Source: Candidatus Moraniibacteriota bacterium
GTDB taxonomy: Bacteria > Patescibacteriota > Minisyncoccia > Moranbacterales > UBA2206
NCBI GenBank assembly: GCA_049297495.1
Contig: JBAQUL010000015.1
Location: 609 to 64,608 of the forward strand
Length of the DNA: 64,000 nt
Reading direction: 5' to 3'
The notes beneath the pieces are model-generated. The model was not told the origin of the DNA and made no database searches. It saw only the letters and a program-made list of their open reading frames with translations. The position numbers and the translations under genes are program-made. Below, piece after piece: positions 9,214 to 17,905 of this stretch (its first letter is position 1; every line of letters begins with the position of its first letter).

Positions 9214-9543
9214 TTGACGGAGGAAGTTTGCAAAAAAACTATGCTAGGAGATAGTGGTATTGGAAATGCGATTGTTAGTTTAATTTATTTTATACTTGCC
9301 ATTGTAGGTGTTGTTGGTGCGTGGATTTTCTTAAGAAGAAGGATTTTTCTTGGTGCATTTTTTTGGATATCTTCACTCGTAAATTTCTTTTTTTATCTCT
9401 ACTTTATGGGGTATTATAGATTGTATCCTCATATTATATATCCAATAGTTAATAGATATTGGCCTTGGATAAATTTAGGATTATTTTCATGGCTAATCAT
9501 TAATTTTTTTAGAAACAAAAATGTTAAGGCAAAAAATGACTAA
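9214..9543 (+). CDS. Small membrane protein (about three transmembrane helices)
   Basis: Hydrophobic helices are visible. It overlaps the start of the next ORF. Confidence 0.4.
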   Translation: MTEEVCKKTMLGDSGIGNAIVSLIYFILAIVGVVGAWIFLRRRIFLGAFFWISSLVNFFFYLYFMGYYRLYPHIIYPIVNRYWPWINLGLFSWLIINFFRNKNVKAKND

Positions 9544-12298
9544 AACAGCGTTGCTTCTGTTGGTTTGTATTTTTGGTTTACTAGGTTTTCAGCGGGTTTC
9601 GGCGAAAGAGATTCGTGTGTCAGAAACCTGGACGAAAGAAACTCCTAATTTAATTTTTAGCGAACCGGTTAATATTATTAGTGGTGCGACATTGACAATC
9701 GAAAAAGGCACTATTGTAAAATTCACAAAGAGCGGATCTGAAAGCAATCCGGCGGGTATTTTTGTGGAAAATGGAAATCTGGTGGTTAACGGAACTCAAG
9801 AAGATAATGTCAAATTTACTTCCGACGAAGATGACAGTGGGTTTGTGATTCAAATCTACAATTCCCCTGTCAGATCCTTTTTGCGCTGGGTGGAGATATC
9901 TAAGGCGGGATGCGCGAGATCGGGAGGAGGAGAGCTCCCTCCAATGTCAATGTTTATAAAAAACATTTTTAATAGCACTGTCTATGCTGATGAGCTGGAA
10001 TTTAGGAGTCATCAAACTTGCATAGCCCTGGACATTGAAGGCGGGAATGTGCATATTGAAAATTCTATTTTTCGCAATAATTATTCTACGAATCTCTATG
10101 TGGGTGATGAGGTTTATAGTGATCCCGATGACTATAAAATATATCGAGCCAACGTGGAAGTCATCAATTCCAATTTCTATGACGAGGATGCTTATATTTC
10201 AGAAATAGATTGCTGGGTGGATGATCCTAATACGGGAGATTACTATTGGAGTAGTACTTGCCGTAAAAGAGTATATTTAAAGAATAACTGGCTGGAAAAA
10301 GGCGTAGATTCTTGTGAATATTCTCAAACATGTTACGTCGAATCAGAAAGAGAGAAAGAACTGATTGCTGATCCGGTGATTGTTATCCCGGGAATTATGG
10401 GTTGTTCAAATTCGCTTTCTGGCTGGCAGCTTGATCCCATTACGCACACATACGATAACTTGATGGCCGGATTGGAGCAAAACGGCTATATCCCAGATCA
10501 AAATCTATTTGCTTTCGTCTATGATTGGCGAAAAGACAATCAGCTTTCCGCTCAATATCTTCAGACAAAGGTGGAGGCGGTAATTGCTACCACTAAGGTG
10601 TCTAAGGTGAATTTGGTGGCGCATTCAATGGGCGGTCTTATCGCTCGGGCGTATATCGAAGAAGCTGTTGACCAAACAAAATACCCGGTGGAGTATGACA
10701 ATACGGTGGAAAAGTTGATCACATTGGGAACGCCGCAGCGTGGAGCACCAAAGGCGTATCTGCAATGGGAGGCCGGCGAAGGTTTTTTTAGTGCGAAGGA
10801 AAAAGTAATGAAGTATCATTTCACTGAGGAAGCTGAGCATGCTGGGTATGATGATTTGTATGAATATATCCGGGAAAGAGTTATTTCCGTGGGGCAATTG
10901 CTTCCAGATTATGACTATCTTAAAGATGCAGCGGGAGAGATGCGTGATTATCCAGGTGATTATCCGCAAAATACTTTCCTAGAAAAGCTGAATAGATCCG
11001 ATAATGTAGCAAAATTAGGCAAGGTAACTGTTGCTAATATTTTGGGATATTCTGATATGGATAATACAATTTCAGCGATCAAGGTGGGAAGAATTTCTAT
11101 GTCAGATGATTCAATTTGGGCACATGGAAAACCGGAAAATTTTGATGATATTGAGTCAAGCCAAGGACTGGAGTATGCCAGCGGAGACGGAACGGTGCCA
11201 AAATTTAGTGCATTGGCAATTGATGCGGATAGGACTATCCCTAGAAACTTCACTCATCAGGCATTGCCCGATGAAGCACAATGTGATGTTTTTAGTGAGT
11301 TAACGGGAAAAACAGTTTGCGTTAAAGACACTTCTTGGCATATGACAAGTATTCTGCTTATAAATATTTTTTCACCCATCGACGTTCAGATTATTGCGCC
11401 GGATGGGGTGCATTGGGCGGGGAAAAATATCAAAAATCTGGGCGAGGGAAATAAAATCGAGGGCGCATACTACACGGGCTATGCCGGCGTGGAGAATGAA
11501 TTCATAACCATCCCCAATCCACAAGATGGAGAATATCTAGTCGTTAAAGAGGGGACTGGAGATGGTGCGTATCGCGTTGAGGTAACTAAGATTTCCGAAG
11601 ATGCATCTGGCGTGACGCAAGAATCAGCCGCGAAAATTTCAGGAACGACTGTTTTGGGTGATGTTGCAGAAAAAGCTGTCGAAATTGAAGCGGGAAAAGT
11701 GATTGGTGAGGACGGCGATACTGAGGTGCCAAAAATTGAACTGCAAAATCCCCAAGAAGGCAAGAAATTTCTCAATAATAAACCGCTAAAAATCAAATAT
11801 TCGCTTAGTGATAATAAGTCCCTGGTGGATAAGATTAGCGCAGAAATTCATTGGGACAATGTGATTTTGGCAAAAAGCGAAATAGATCTGCGTTTGCAAA
11901 AAACTGGGAATCACACGCTGAAAATCGTTGCCAAAGATGAGGCGGGAAATGTTGGGACAGTGGAACGCTCGGTAGAAGTCATAACCAGCGCCGAGGCATT
12001 GCTTCAAAATGTTGATTATTATTTTAAGCAAAAGATGATCAAAACCCAAGCGGAAAGAAACCTGCTTTCTTCCCATTTTTTGAGCATTAAGCTTTCCGAG
12101 GATGTTTTGCAAGGACTCAAAAACTGTCCCTATGTCTTTAGCAACAAAATTCGCCTACTATTAATTCAGGCTCTGGAAAAAAAGATCAGGTCTGAAATTA
12201 CATTGCTGGAAAATCATCTCCGGACAGTTGCTTTGAGTAAAATTGATTTCAAAGCCAAAGGACTTTTATTATCCGGCCTGGCTTATTTGAAAAAATAG
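9521..12298 (+). CDS. Large secreted protein with a right-handed beta-helix region and a lipase-like alpha/beta-hydrolase domain (GxSxG = HSMGG)
   Basis: There is a signal peptide (MTKTALLLLVCIFGLLGFQRVSA). PbH1-like repeats are present (NSIFRNN, INSNFYDED). It has a VAHSMGGLIARAYIEE nucleophile elbow of the PGAP1/LCAT-like lipase type, and the C-terminus looks Ig-like. Confidence 0.6.
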   Translation: MLRQKMTKTALLLLVCIFGLLGFQRVSAKEIRVSETWTKETPNLIFSEPVNIISGATLTIEKGTIVKFTKSGSESNPAGIFVENGNLVVNGTQEDNVKFTSDEDDSGFVIQIYNSPVRSFLRWVEISKAGCARSGGGELPPMSMFIKNIFNSTVYADELEFRSHQTCIALDIEGGNVHIENSIFRNNYSTNLYVGDEVYSDPDDYKIYRANVEVINSNFYDEDAYISEIDCWVDDPNTGDYYWSSTCRKRVYLKNNWLEKGVDSCEYSQTCYVESEREKELIADPVIVIPGIMGCSNSLSGWQLDPITHTYDNLMAGLEQNGYIPDQNLFAFVYDWRKDNQLSAQYLQTKVEAVIATTKVSKVNLVAHSMGGLIARAYIEEAVDQTKYPVEYDNTVEKLITLGTPQRGAPKAYLQWEAGEGFFSAKEKVMKYHFTEEAEHAGYDDLYEYIRERVISVGQLLPDYDYLKDAAGEMRDYPGDYPQNTFLEKLNRSDNVAKLGKVTVANILGYSDMDNTISAIKVGRISMSDDSIWAHGKPENFDDIESSQGLEYASGDGTVPKFSALAIDADRTIPRNFTHQALPDEAQCDVFSELTGKTVCVKDTSWHMTSILLINIFSPIDVQIIAPDGVHWAGKNIKNLGEGNKIEGAYYTGYAGVENEFITIPNPQDGEYLVVKEGTGDGAYRVEVTKISEDASGVTQESAAKISGTTVLGDVAEKAVEIEAGKVIGEDGDTEVPKIELQNPQEGKKFLNNKPLKIKYSLSDNKSLVDKISAEIHWDNVILAKSEIDLRLQKTGNHTLKIVAKDEAGNVGTVERSVEVITSAEALLQNVDYYFKQKMIKTQAERNLLSSHFLSIKLSEDVLQGLKNCPYVFSNKIRLLLIQALEKKIRSEITLLENHLRTVALSKIDFKAKGLLLSGLAYLKK

Positions 12299-12406
12299 TC
12301 ACAGAAAATAGCATAAAAATGGTGGCAATAGGCGAGATTGCTCAGTTTTCCTTTGATGTGCTAGAATAAGAAAAAGCGGAGTCGACGATAAATTTAAACT
12401 AAAATT

Positions 12407-12928
12407 ATGGCTATAGCAAAGAAAGCTAAAAAAACCACAGCAAAAAAGAAGGATTATTTGACAATCCTGCTTGAAGATATGCGAGGACAAATAAAGCTGG
12501 TAGTCGATGGACATAGGGGCTTGGAGAGATCAATTGAAGATACGCGAGGAGAGATTCGGCAGTTAGAAAAAAATATCAAGAGGGACATCGGAAATATTTG
12601 CGAAAGAATGGATGGTATGGAAGGAAAGATAGATAGTATGGAAGGAAGGATGGGTAGCATGGAGGGAAAAATGGATCAAATGGGTGGTCAAATAGATCGA
12701 ATGGAAACGGACATTTCAGATTTGAAATCTGGTCAATCACAAATTTTGGAATATCTTTCGCGAATTGAAGAAGAACTTCAATCGCTCAAAAAAGACCTAA
12801 ATGAAAACTATGAAACGAAGGGTCAGAGCAAGAAATGGCGCGATTCGATTGAAGGACGGCTGGAAAAAATCGAAAAAGCTTTGACCCAAAAAACTTTTTC
12901 CGCTGGGATGATAAGGGACGGAAGATAG
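12407..12928 (+). CDS. Coiled-coil protein with a Met/Gly-rich 7-residue tandem repeat (MEGKIDS, MEGRMGS, MEGKMDQ, MGGQIDR, METDISD)
   Basis: The repeat is read directly from the translation. It has a basic N-terminus and a heptad periodicity throughout. Confidence 0.5.
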   Translation: MAIAKKAKKTTAKKKDYLTILLEDMRGQIKLVVDGHRGLERSIEDTRGEIRQLEKNIKRDIGNICERMDGMEGKIDSMEGRMGSMEGKMDQMGGQIDRMETDISDLKSGQSQILEYLSRIEEELQSLKKDLNENYETKGQSKKWRDSIEGRLEKIEKALTQKTFSAGMIRDGR

Positions 12929-12933
12929 AAACT

Positions 12934-14097
12934 ATGCTTGAGCTAGAAACCAAAAAAATTGTCATCGCGACGCATATCTATACCACTGGTCCTGCTCAGG
13001 ACTTGCGGGAATATTTGCTGGCGAAAAAAATCGGGAAGCTACTTTTCATCGGGCATCCGCTTTTTTGGGATGAGAAATTGTCCGGCTCCGGATATGAGGT
13101 CTATGAAAAGGGAGCGCTTAAAGAAGAAAAATACCGCAAAATTAAGAAGAATTTTGCTCTTTTGGTTTACTCGATTGACATAGTGCTTAATATTTTTTGG
13201 ACTTGGAGAAAGCTGCCCGAGAGTGATCTCTATGTCGGTTGTGACAATCTCAACGCTTTTTCCGGTATCGTTCTTCGTTTTTTGGGAAAAACCAAAAAAG
13301 TCATCTACTATGTGATTGACTATAACCCCAAGCGCTTTGATATTAAAATCCTAAATTATTTCTATCACAAACTTGATCAATTTTGCGTGCGACACGCTGA
13401 TGAGACCTGGAATCTTTCGCCGCGGATGGCGCAGGCCAGAAAGGAATATTTTGATTTCTCCGCTGGCAGGCAAGTGACAGTGCCGATCGGTATTTGGTTT
13501 TCGCGTTTTCCGCGTCTCGATTTTTCCCAAATTCAAAAACACACCCTGGTTTTCATGGGGCATATTTTGGAAAAACAAGGCGTGCAATATGTTTTGGCGG
13601 CTGTTCCGGGCATCGCTGAAAAAATACCGGATTTTAAGTTTTTGATAATTGGCGGAGGGGAATATCTGGAAAAACTCAAAGAACAAGCGAAGAGTTTGGG
13701 CGTAGAAAAGCAGGTGAAATTTGCCGGTTATGTGGAAAAGCATAGCGATGTGGAAAAAATGCTCTCCGCGTGTTCTTGTGCTATTGCGTTGTATGATAAA
13801 TTTGATCCAAATGGCGCGCTGAGTTTCACCTATTTTGCCGATCCGGGAAAAATCAAAGCCTATTTGGCAGGCGGATTACCAATTCTCCTTTCTGATGTTT
13901 CGCATAACGCCAGAGAAATCGAAGAAAAGCGTTGTGGCTTTGTCATCAGTCAAGATAAGGACGAGATTGCCCAGAAGGTGGTGGCACTGCTCGAGGATGA
14001 GAAAGCTCTGAAAGAGTATCGCGAAAATGCTATTGCCTATGCGAAAGAGTTTGATTGGGAAAAAGTATTTGAAAATAATCTAAGCAGATTAATATAG
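12934..14097 (+). CDS. Family-4 glycosyltransferase (GT4; GT-B fold)
   Basis: Its C-terminal GT-B domain carries the GGLPILLSDV...E nucleotide-sugar-binding motif. Confidence 0.7.
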   Translation: MLELETKKIVIATHIYTTGPAQDLREYLLAKKIGKLLFIGHPLFWDEKLSGSGYEVYEKGALKEEKYRKIKKNFALLVYSIDIVLNIFWTWRKLPESDLYVGCDNLNAFSGIVLRFLGKTKKVIYYVIDYNPKRFDIKILNYFYHKLDQFCVRHADETWNLSPRMAQARKEYFDFSAGRQVTVPIGIWFSRFPRLDFSQIQKHTLVFMGHILEKQGVQYVLAAVPGIAEKIPDFKFLIIGGGEYLEKLKEQAKSLGVEKQVKFAGYVEKHSDVEKMLSACSCAIALYDKFDPNGALSFTYFADPGKIKAYLAGGLPILLSDVSHNAREIEEKRCGFVISQDKDEIAQKVVALLEDEKALKEYRENAIAYAKEFDWEKVFENNLSRLI

Positions 14098-14104
14098 AAA
14101 AATA

Positions 14105-14950
14105 ATGAAAATTTCTTTTATCATTCCATGCTATAACTGCGAAAAAACTCTTGGCGATACCGTCTCTTCAATATTGGCATTGAAACTGTCGGAATTTGAA
14201 ATTTGCATGGTAGATGATGGTTCAAAAGACGGAACTTATGATCTATTAAAATCGTACGCTAAAAAATATCCGAAAGTGGTTCGGATTGGTAAAAATCCAG
14301 AAAATCGCGGCGGGGGATATACGCGCAATGAATGTGTGAAATTGGCTTCGGCTGATTGGTTTTTTCTTATTGATTCGGATAACTATCTGGACAAAAAATC
14401 TTTTCATAAATTGTTATCCGCCGTAACGGAGAAGGATAATTTGATTACTTTTCAAAACATCCGCTTCTTCTATGACTTTTGCGGGTTGGATTTGGTCTAT
14501 AAAAATTGGCTATTTTTGAAAGACAACATGGTATTCGATGATTTGCGTCGTACCGCCTACCACTCGGTGGTGGACGGAAACTATCTTTTTCGCCGCGCTG
14601 TATTTGAAAAAGTCGGTGGCTATGAAACGGAGTTTGGCGCACTCGAATCATGGTCTTTTGGCTACAAGGCCTTCCTCGCCGGCTATGAGTTTAAAATTGT
14701 CAAAGGTACCGCATATTTTCACCGCGTGGACGGAAAATCCTATTGGACTCGCGAGGTGAAAAACAATAGTAATAATATGAAAAAACTGCTTTTGAAATTT
14801 CCGGAAAAATTTACCCCAGCCGAAATTGAAGCGCTTGAAAAATCTGAAGATACGCAAAAAACCATCCTGACGCTCCCAAATGATTTTATGACAGAAACAA
14901 TTAATCCGTTTTTTCGCATTATGTTGAAAATATATTATCTGGTGCACTAG
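14105..14950 (+). CDS. Family-2 glycosyltransferase
   Basis: It has MKISFIIPCYNCEKTL, VDDGSKDGT and DSDN motifs. Confidence 0.7.
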   Translation: MKISFIIPCYNCEKTLGDTVSSILALKLSEFEICMVDDGSKDGTYDLLKSYAKKYPKVVRIGKNPENRGGGYTRNECVKLASADWFFLIDSDNYLDKKSFHKLLSAVTEKDNLITFQNIRFFYDFCGLDLVYKNWLFLKDNMVFDDLRRTAYHSVVDGNYLFRRAVFEKVGGYETEFGALESWSFGYKAFLAGYEFKIVKGTAYFHRVDGKSYWTREVKNNSNNMKKLLLKFPEKFTPAEIEALEKSEDTQKTILTLPNDFMTETINPFFRIMLKIYYLVH

Positions 14951-15229
14951 TAAAGAAAAATCTACATCGAGAAACATTGATTGATGGGGTGGTGGTGAGA
15001 GATAAATAATGGTTAAGTTAATGTTGGATTAAAGAGGTGGGTTGATTTTTTATCCTCCTGCGCTGAAGCTTCGGCGGACGAGCTAATTTGAGTAAATTCT
15101 CCGTGGCTTGTCGCGAATAGGGTCCATGGCTTGCCCTGGGGTTTATACCTTTAATTTAGTGATTTATCTTTACAGGACTGATTATAAATGCTATATTTAT
15201 GATTAGTATAGTAATCATAGATTAAATTT

Positions 15230-16627
15230 ATGCAAAAAGACCTTATTTTAAGGGAAATTATTGACCAAAATAAACACTGGAAAAATGATAGTTCGTTTTT
15301 TGAGCACCAAAAGCACAAAAGAAAGCTTTTTTTTGAGTTGCTCAAATATCTTCCAGAAAGACAGATACTTTCAATAGTTGGGCTGAGAAGAACTGGAAAG
15401 ACAATTATCCTAAAACAGCTTATCGAACATCTAATAAAAAAAGAAGGCGTAAACGCGGGTAGTATTTTCTTTCTTAGCTTTGATGAAGTGTTGGTGTCCC
15501 CCAAAATGATGCTTAAAAACTATCTGGACGTTTTTTTGGATAAACTTTTGAAAGAAGAAGCAGGAAAGAGTGTATACATATTTTTGGACGAAGTGCAATA
15601 TATTGATAAATGGCAACATATTCTTAAGCGCTACTATGACAATAATCCTAAGCTTAAATTTATTATAAGCGGTTCGTCCTCCTTGTTTCTTAAGAAAAAG
15701 ACAACTGAGAGTTTGGCGGGCAGGATTTATGAATTTAAACTATTACCACTCAGTTTTGATGAATTTCTGGAATTGGCAAATGTTGATTTGGAATTGATCT
15801 TGGGATATCGGAAGTATTCGCTTTCAGCCGGAAAATTAGTGTCGGAATATTCTCAAAATGAGTATGCTGTTTTTTTAGCAAATAATGGGAAGGTTTTAGC
15901 TAAATTTTTTGAAGATTACCTATTATACTATCAATTTCCGGAATTGGTTTTGCAAAAAGATAGGGATAAAATCAAGAAATATATTTCCGAGTCGGTCTAT
16001 AAAAAAGCGATTGAATATGATATCCCGAAATTATTTGGAGTGGAAAAGATTGATGAGCTCAAGTTTATTTTTCAAATGCTGGTTAATGAAAATAGCTCTC
16101 TAGTTGAATTCAAGAGAATTTCCGGAGAAGCTGGAATTGAGGAAAATACCTTGAAAAAGTATATTTCGTATTTTCAAGAGAGTTTCTTGCTCAATTTGGT
16201 CTATAACTATTCGAAATCCTTCAGAAAGTCAAAACGGTTGCAAAAAAAAGTGTACATCGCCAGCCCCAATTTTTTTACCGCTTTTCGTGACGATTGGACG
16301 GAGAATTTGACGCTGCGATCGCAATATTTTGGATCTTTGGCTGAAACGTATGTTTTTAACTTGCTTCGCGAGAAATATCAATATGTTTCTTTTTATCGAA
16401 AGGGGAATGAGGAATTGGATTTTGTGGCAAGCAATGATTATCGTAACCTAGCTGAACATTCTTTGGTTGAGGTAAAGTATACAAATTCATTGAGATGGAA
16501 TGATTTGAAATTTGCGGATAAAGTTGCGAAAAAGATCTTTAAAACAAAATACTTGGTTTATTCAAAAGAGGAATTCAAGATTGATGATAGTAAGCTGGTT
16601 GTTCCTTGTTTTTTGATTAAAAATTGA
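15230..16627 (+). CDS. AAA+ ATPase of the COG1373 / DUF4143 family
   Basis: It has a Walker A motif (GLRRTGKT), a Walker B motif (IFLDEV) and a C-terminal DUF4143-like region. Confidence 0.7.
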   Translation: MQKDLILREIIDQNKHWKNDSSFFEHQKHKRKLFFELLKYLPERQILSIVGLRRTGKTIILKQLIEHLIKKEGVNAGSIFFLSFDEVLVSPKMMLKNYLDVFLDKLLKEEAGKSVYIFLDEVQYIDKWQHILKRYYDNNPKLKFIISGSSSLFLKKKTTESLAGRIYEFKLLPLSFDEFLELANVDLELILGYRKYSLSAGKLVSEYSQNEYAVFLANNGKVLAKFFEDYLLYYQFPELVLQKDRDKIKKYISESVYKKAIEYDIPKLFGVEKIDELKFIFQMLVNENSSLVEFKRISGEAGIEENTLKKYISYFQESFLLNLVYNYSKSFRKSKRLQKKVYIASPNFFTAFRDDWTENLTLRSQYFGSLAETYVFNLLREKYQYVSFYRKGNEELDFVASNDYRNLAEHSLVEVKYTNSLRWNDLKFADKVAKKIFKTKYLVYSKEEFKIDDSKLVVPCFLIKN

Positions 16628-16653
16628 TTGAAGAAGTTTCCGGAGGAATTAAT

Positions 16654-16902
16654 GTGGATATTTTTGCTAAAACCAAGGACCTAGAAAAAGACGCTGCAAA
16701 AGACACTGCAAGATTATCAAAAAATGAAGAATTGATGGTTGGCCTAATACGCAAAAATCCTATTATAACAGCCGAAGAGTTGTCAGAAAAGTTAAAGATT
16801 AATCTAAGGAATACAAAGAAAAATATTGCCAAGCTGAAAGAAGCTGGAGTGATTCGACGTATCGGCCCCGACAAAGGCGGGCATTGGGAGGTGCTGCGAT
16901 AG
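16654..16902 (+). CDS. Small winged helix-turn-helix DNA-binding protein
   Basis: A GTG start lies 8 nt after a GGAGGA Shine-Dalgarno sequence (the ORF track starts at a TTG at 16624, overlapping the ATPase stop). The wHTH is ITAEELSEKLKINLRNTKKNIAKLKEAGVIRRIG. Confidence 0.55.
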   Translation: MDIFAKTKDLEKDAAKDTARLSKNEELMVGLIRKNPIITAEELSEKLKINLRNTKKNIAKLKEAGVIRRIGPDKGGHWEVLR

Positions 16903-16958
16903 CGTTCTGCTCGAGTGGGTGTTTGTCGCGACGCGGTTAAATTTTAGAAGTTATTATT

Positions 16959-17858
16959 ATGAATCTATCAGTCGTTATCACAACTTACAATCGAAAAGAG
17001 AAGCTCTTGGAATGTATTGCGTCTATCAAAAAGGCGGATTTTTCCGGCATTGCTTGGGAGTTGATTGTGATTGACGACAATTCAAGTGATGGGACGGAAA
17101 AAATAGCGGCGAAAGACTTTTCGATTGCAAATAGTCAAATCATTCATAATGAGCGCAATCAGTTGATGGTGAAGTCAAGAAATATCGGGGCGCAGGCAGC
17201 GCAAGGGAAATATGTGGTATTTGTTGATGATGACAATATCGTGGACGAAAAAATGTTTAAGTTGTTGTTTGATTTTGTCGAAAAAAATGCGGAGTATGGC
17301 ATTGTAGGACCGGCAATGTATTGGTGGCATAACAAACAAAAATATTTGAATTTTCAAGAAATCAATTTTTTTACTGGCAGAACATATGGGCGAATGGAAG
17401 ATAATTCCAAGAAAGTTTTTGACAGTGACGGCGTGCCAAATGTTTTTTTGATAAAAAAGGCCGTTTTCGAAAAGGCGGGCTATTTCGACGAAAAGTTGCT
17501 AAATGATTTCACCGAACCGGACTTTGCTTTCAACGCGAGAAAATTTGGTTTCAAATGTGGCATGATTCCTGAGGCGAAAACCTATCATAATATCGCTCAA
17601 AAAGATTTGCATGGAGCAAGAACGCTAGCCGGACAGTTCAATGAAAAAGCCTATTATCTGATGCGTAATCGCATAATTATCATCGTGCGCTATGGTACAT
17701 GGCAGCATAAATTGGTTTTTATGCTTATTTTTTCCTGGTTTTGGCCGCTGGTTTACTCTCTTTTAATGCTAAAAGCCAAACGAGCCGATCTCGTGGGTCT
17801 CTATTGGAAGGGTTTTTGGGATGGGTGGCGATACTTTTTTACAGGGAAGATTGGGTAA
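16959..17858 (+). CDS. Family-2 glycosyltransferase with a C-terminal transmembrane segment
   Basis: It has MNLSVVITTYNR, VIDDNSSDGT and a DDDN motif. Confidence 0.7.
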   Translation: MNLSVVITTYNRKEKLLECIASIKKADFSGIAWELIVIDDNSSDGTEKIAAKDFSIANSQIIHNERNQLMVKSRNIGAQAAQGKYVVFVDDDNIVDEKMFKLLFDFVEKNAEYGIVGPAMYWWHNKQKYLNFQEINFFTGRTYGRMEDNSKKVFDSDGVPNVFLIKKAVFEKAGYFDEKLLNDFTEPDFAFNARKFGFKCGMIPEAKTYHNIAQKDLHGARTLAGQFNEKAYYLMRNRIIIIVRYGTWQHKLVFMLIFSWFWPLVYSLLMLKAKRADLVGLYWKGFWDGWRYFFTGKIG

Positions 17859-17905
17859 TTTGATGGAATGTGGTAGAATAGGATGGTTAAGTAGGAGAAG
17901 AACGT

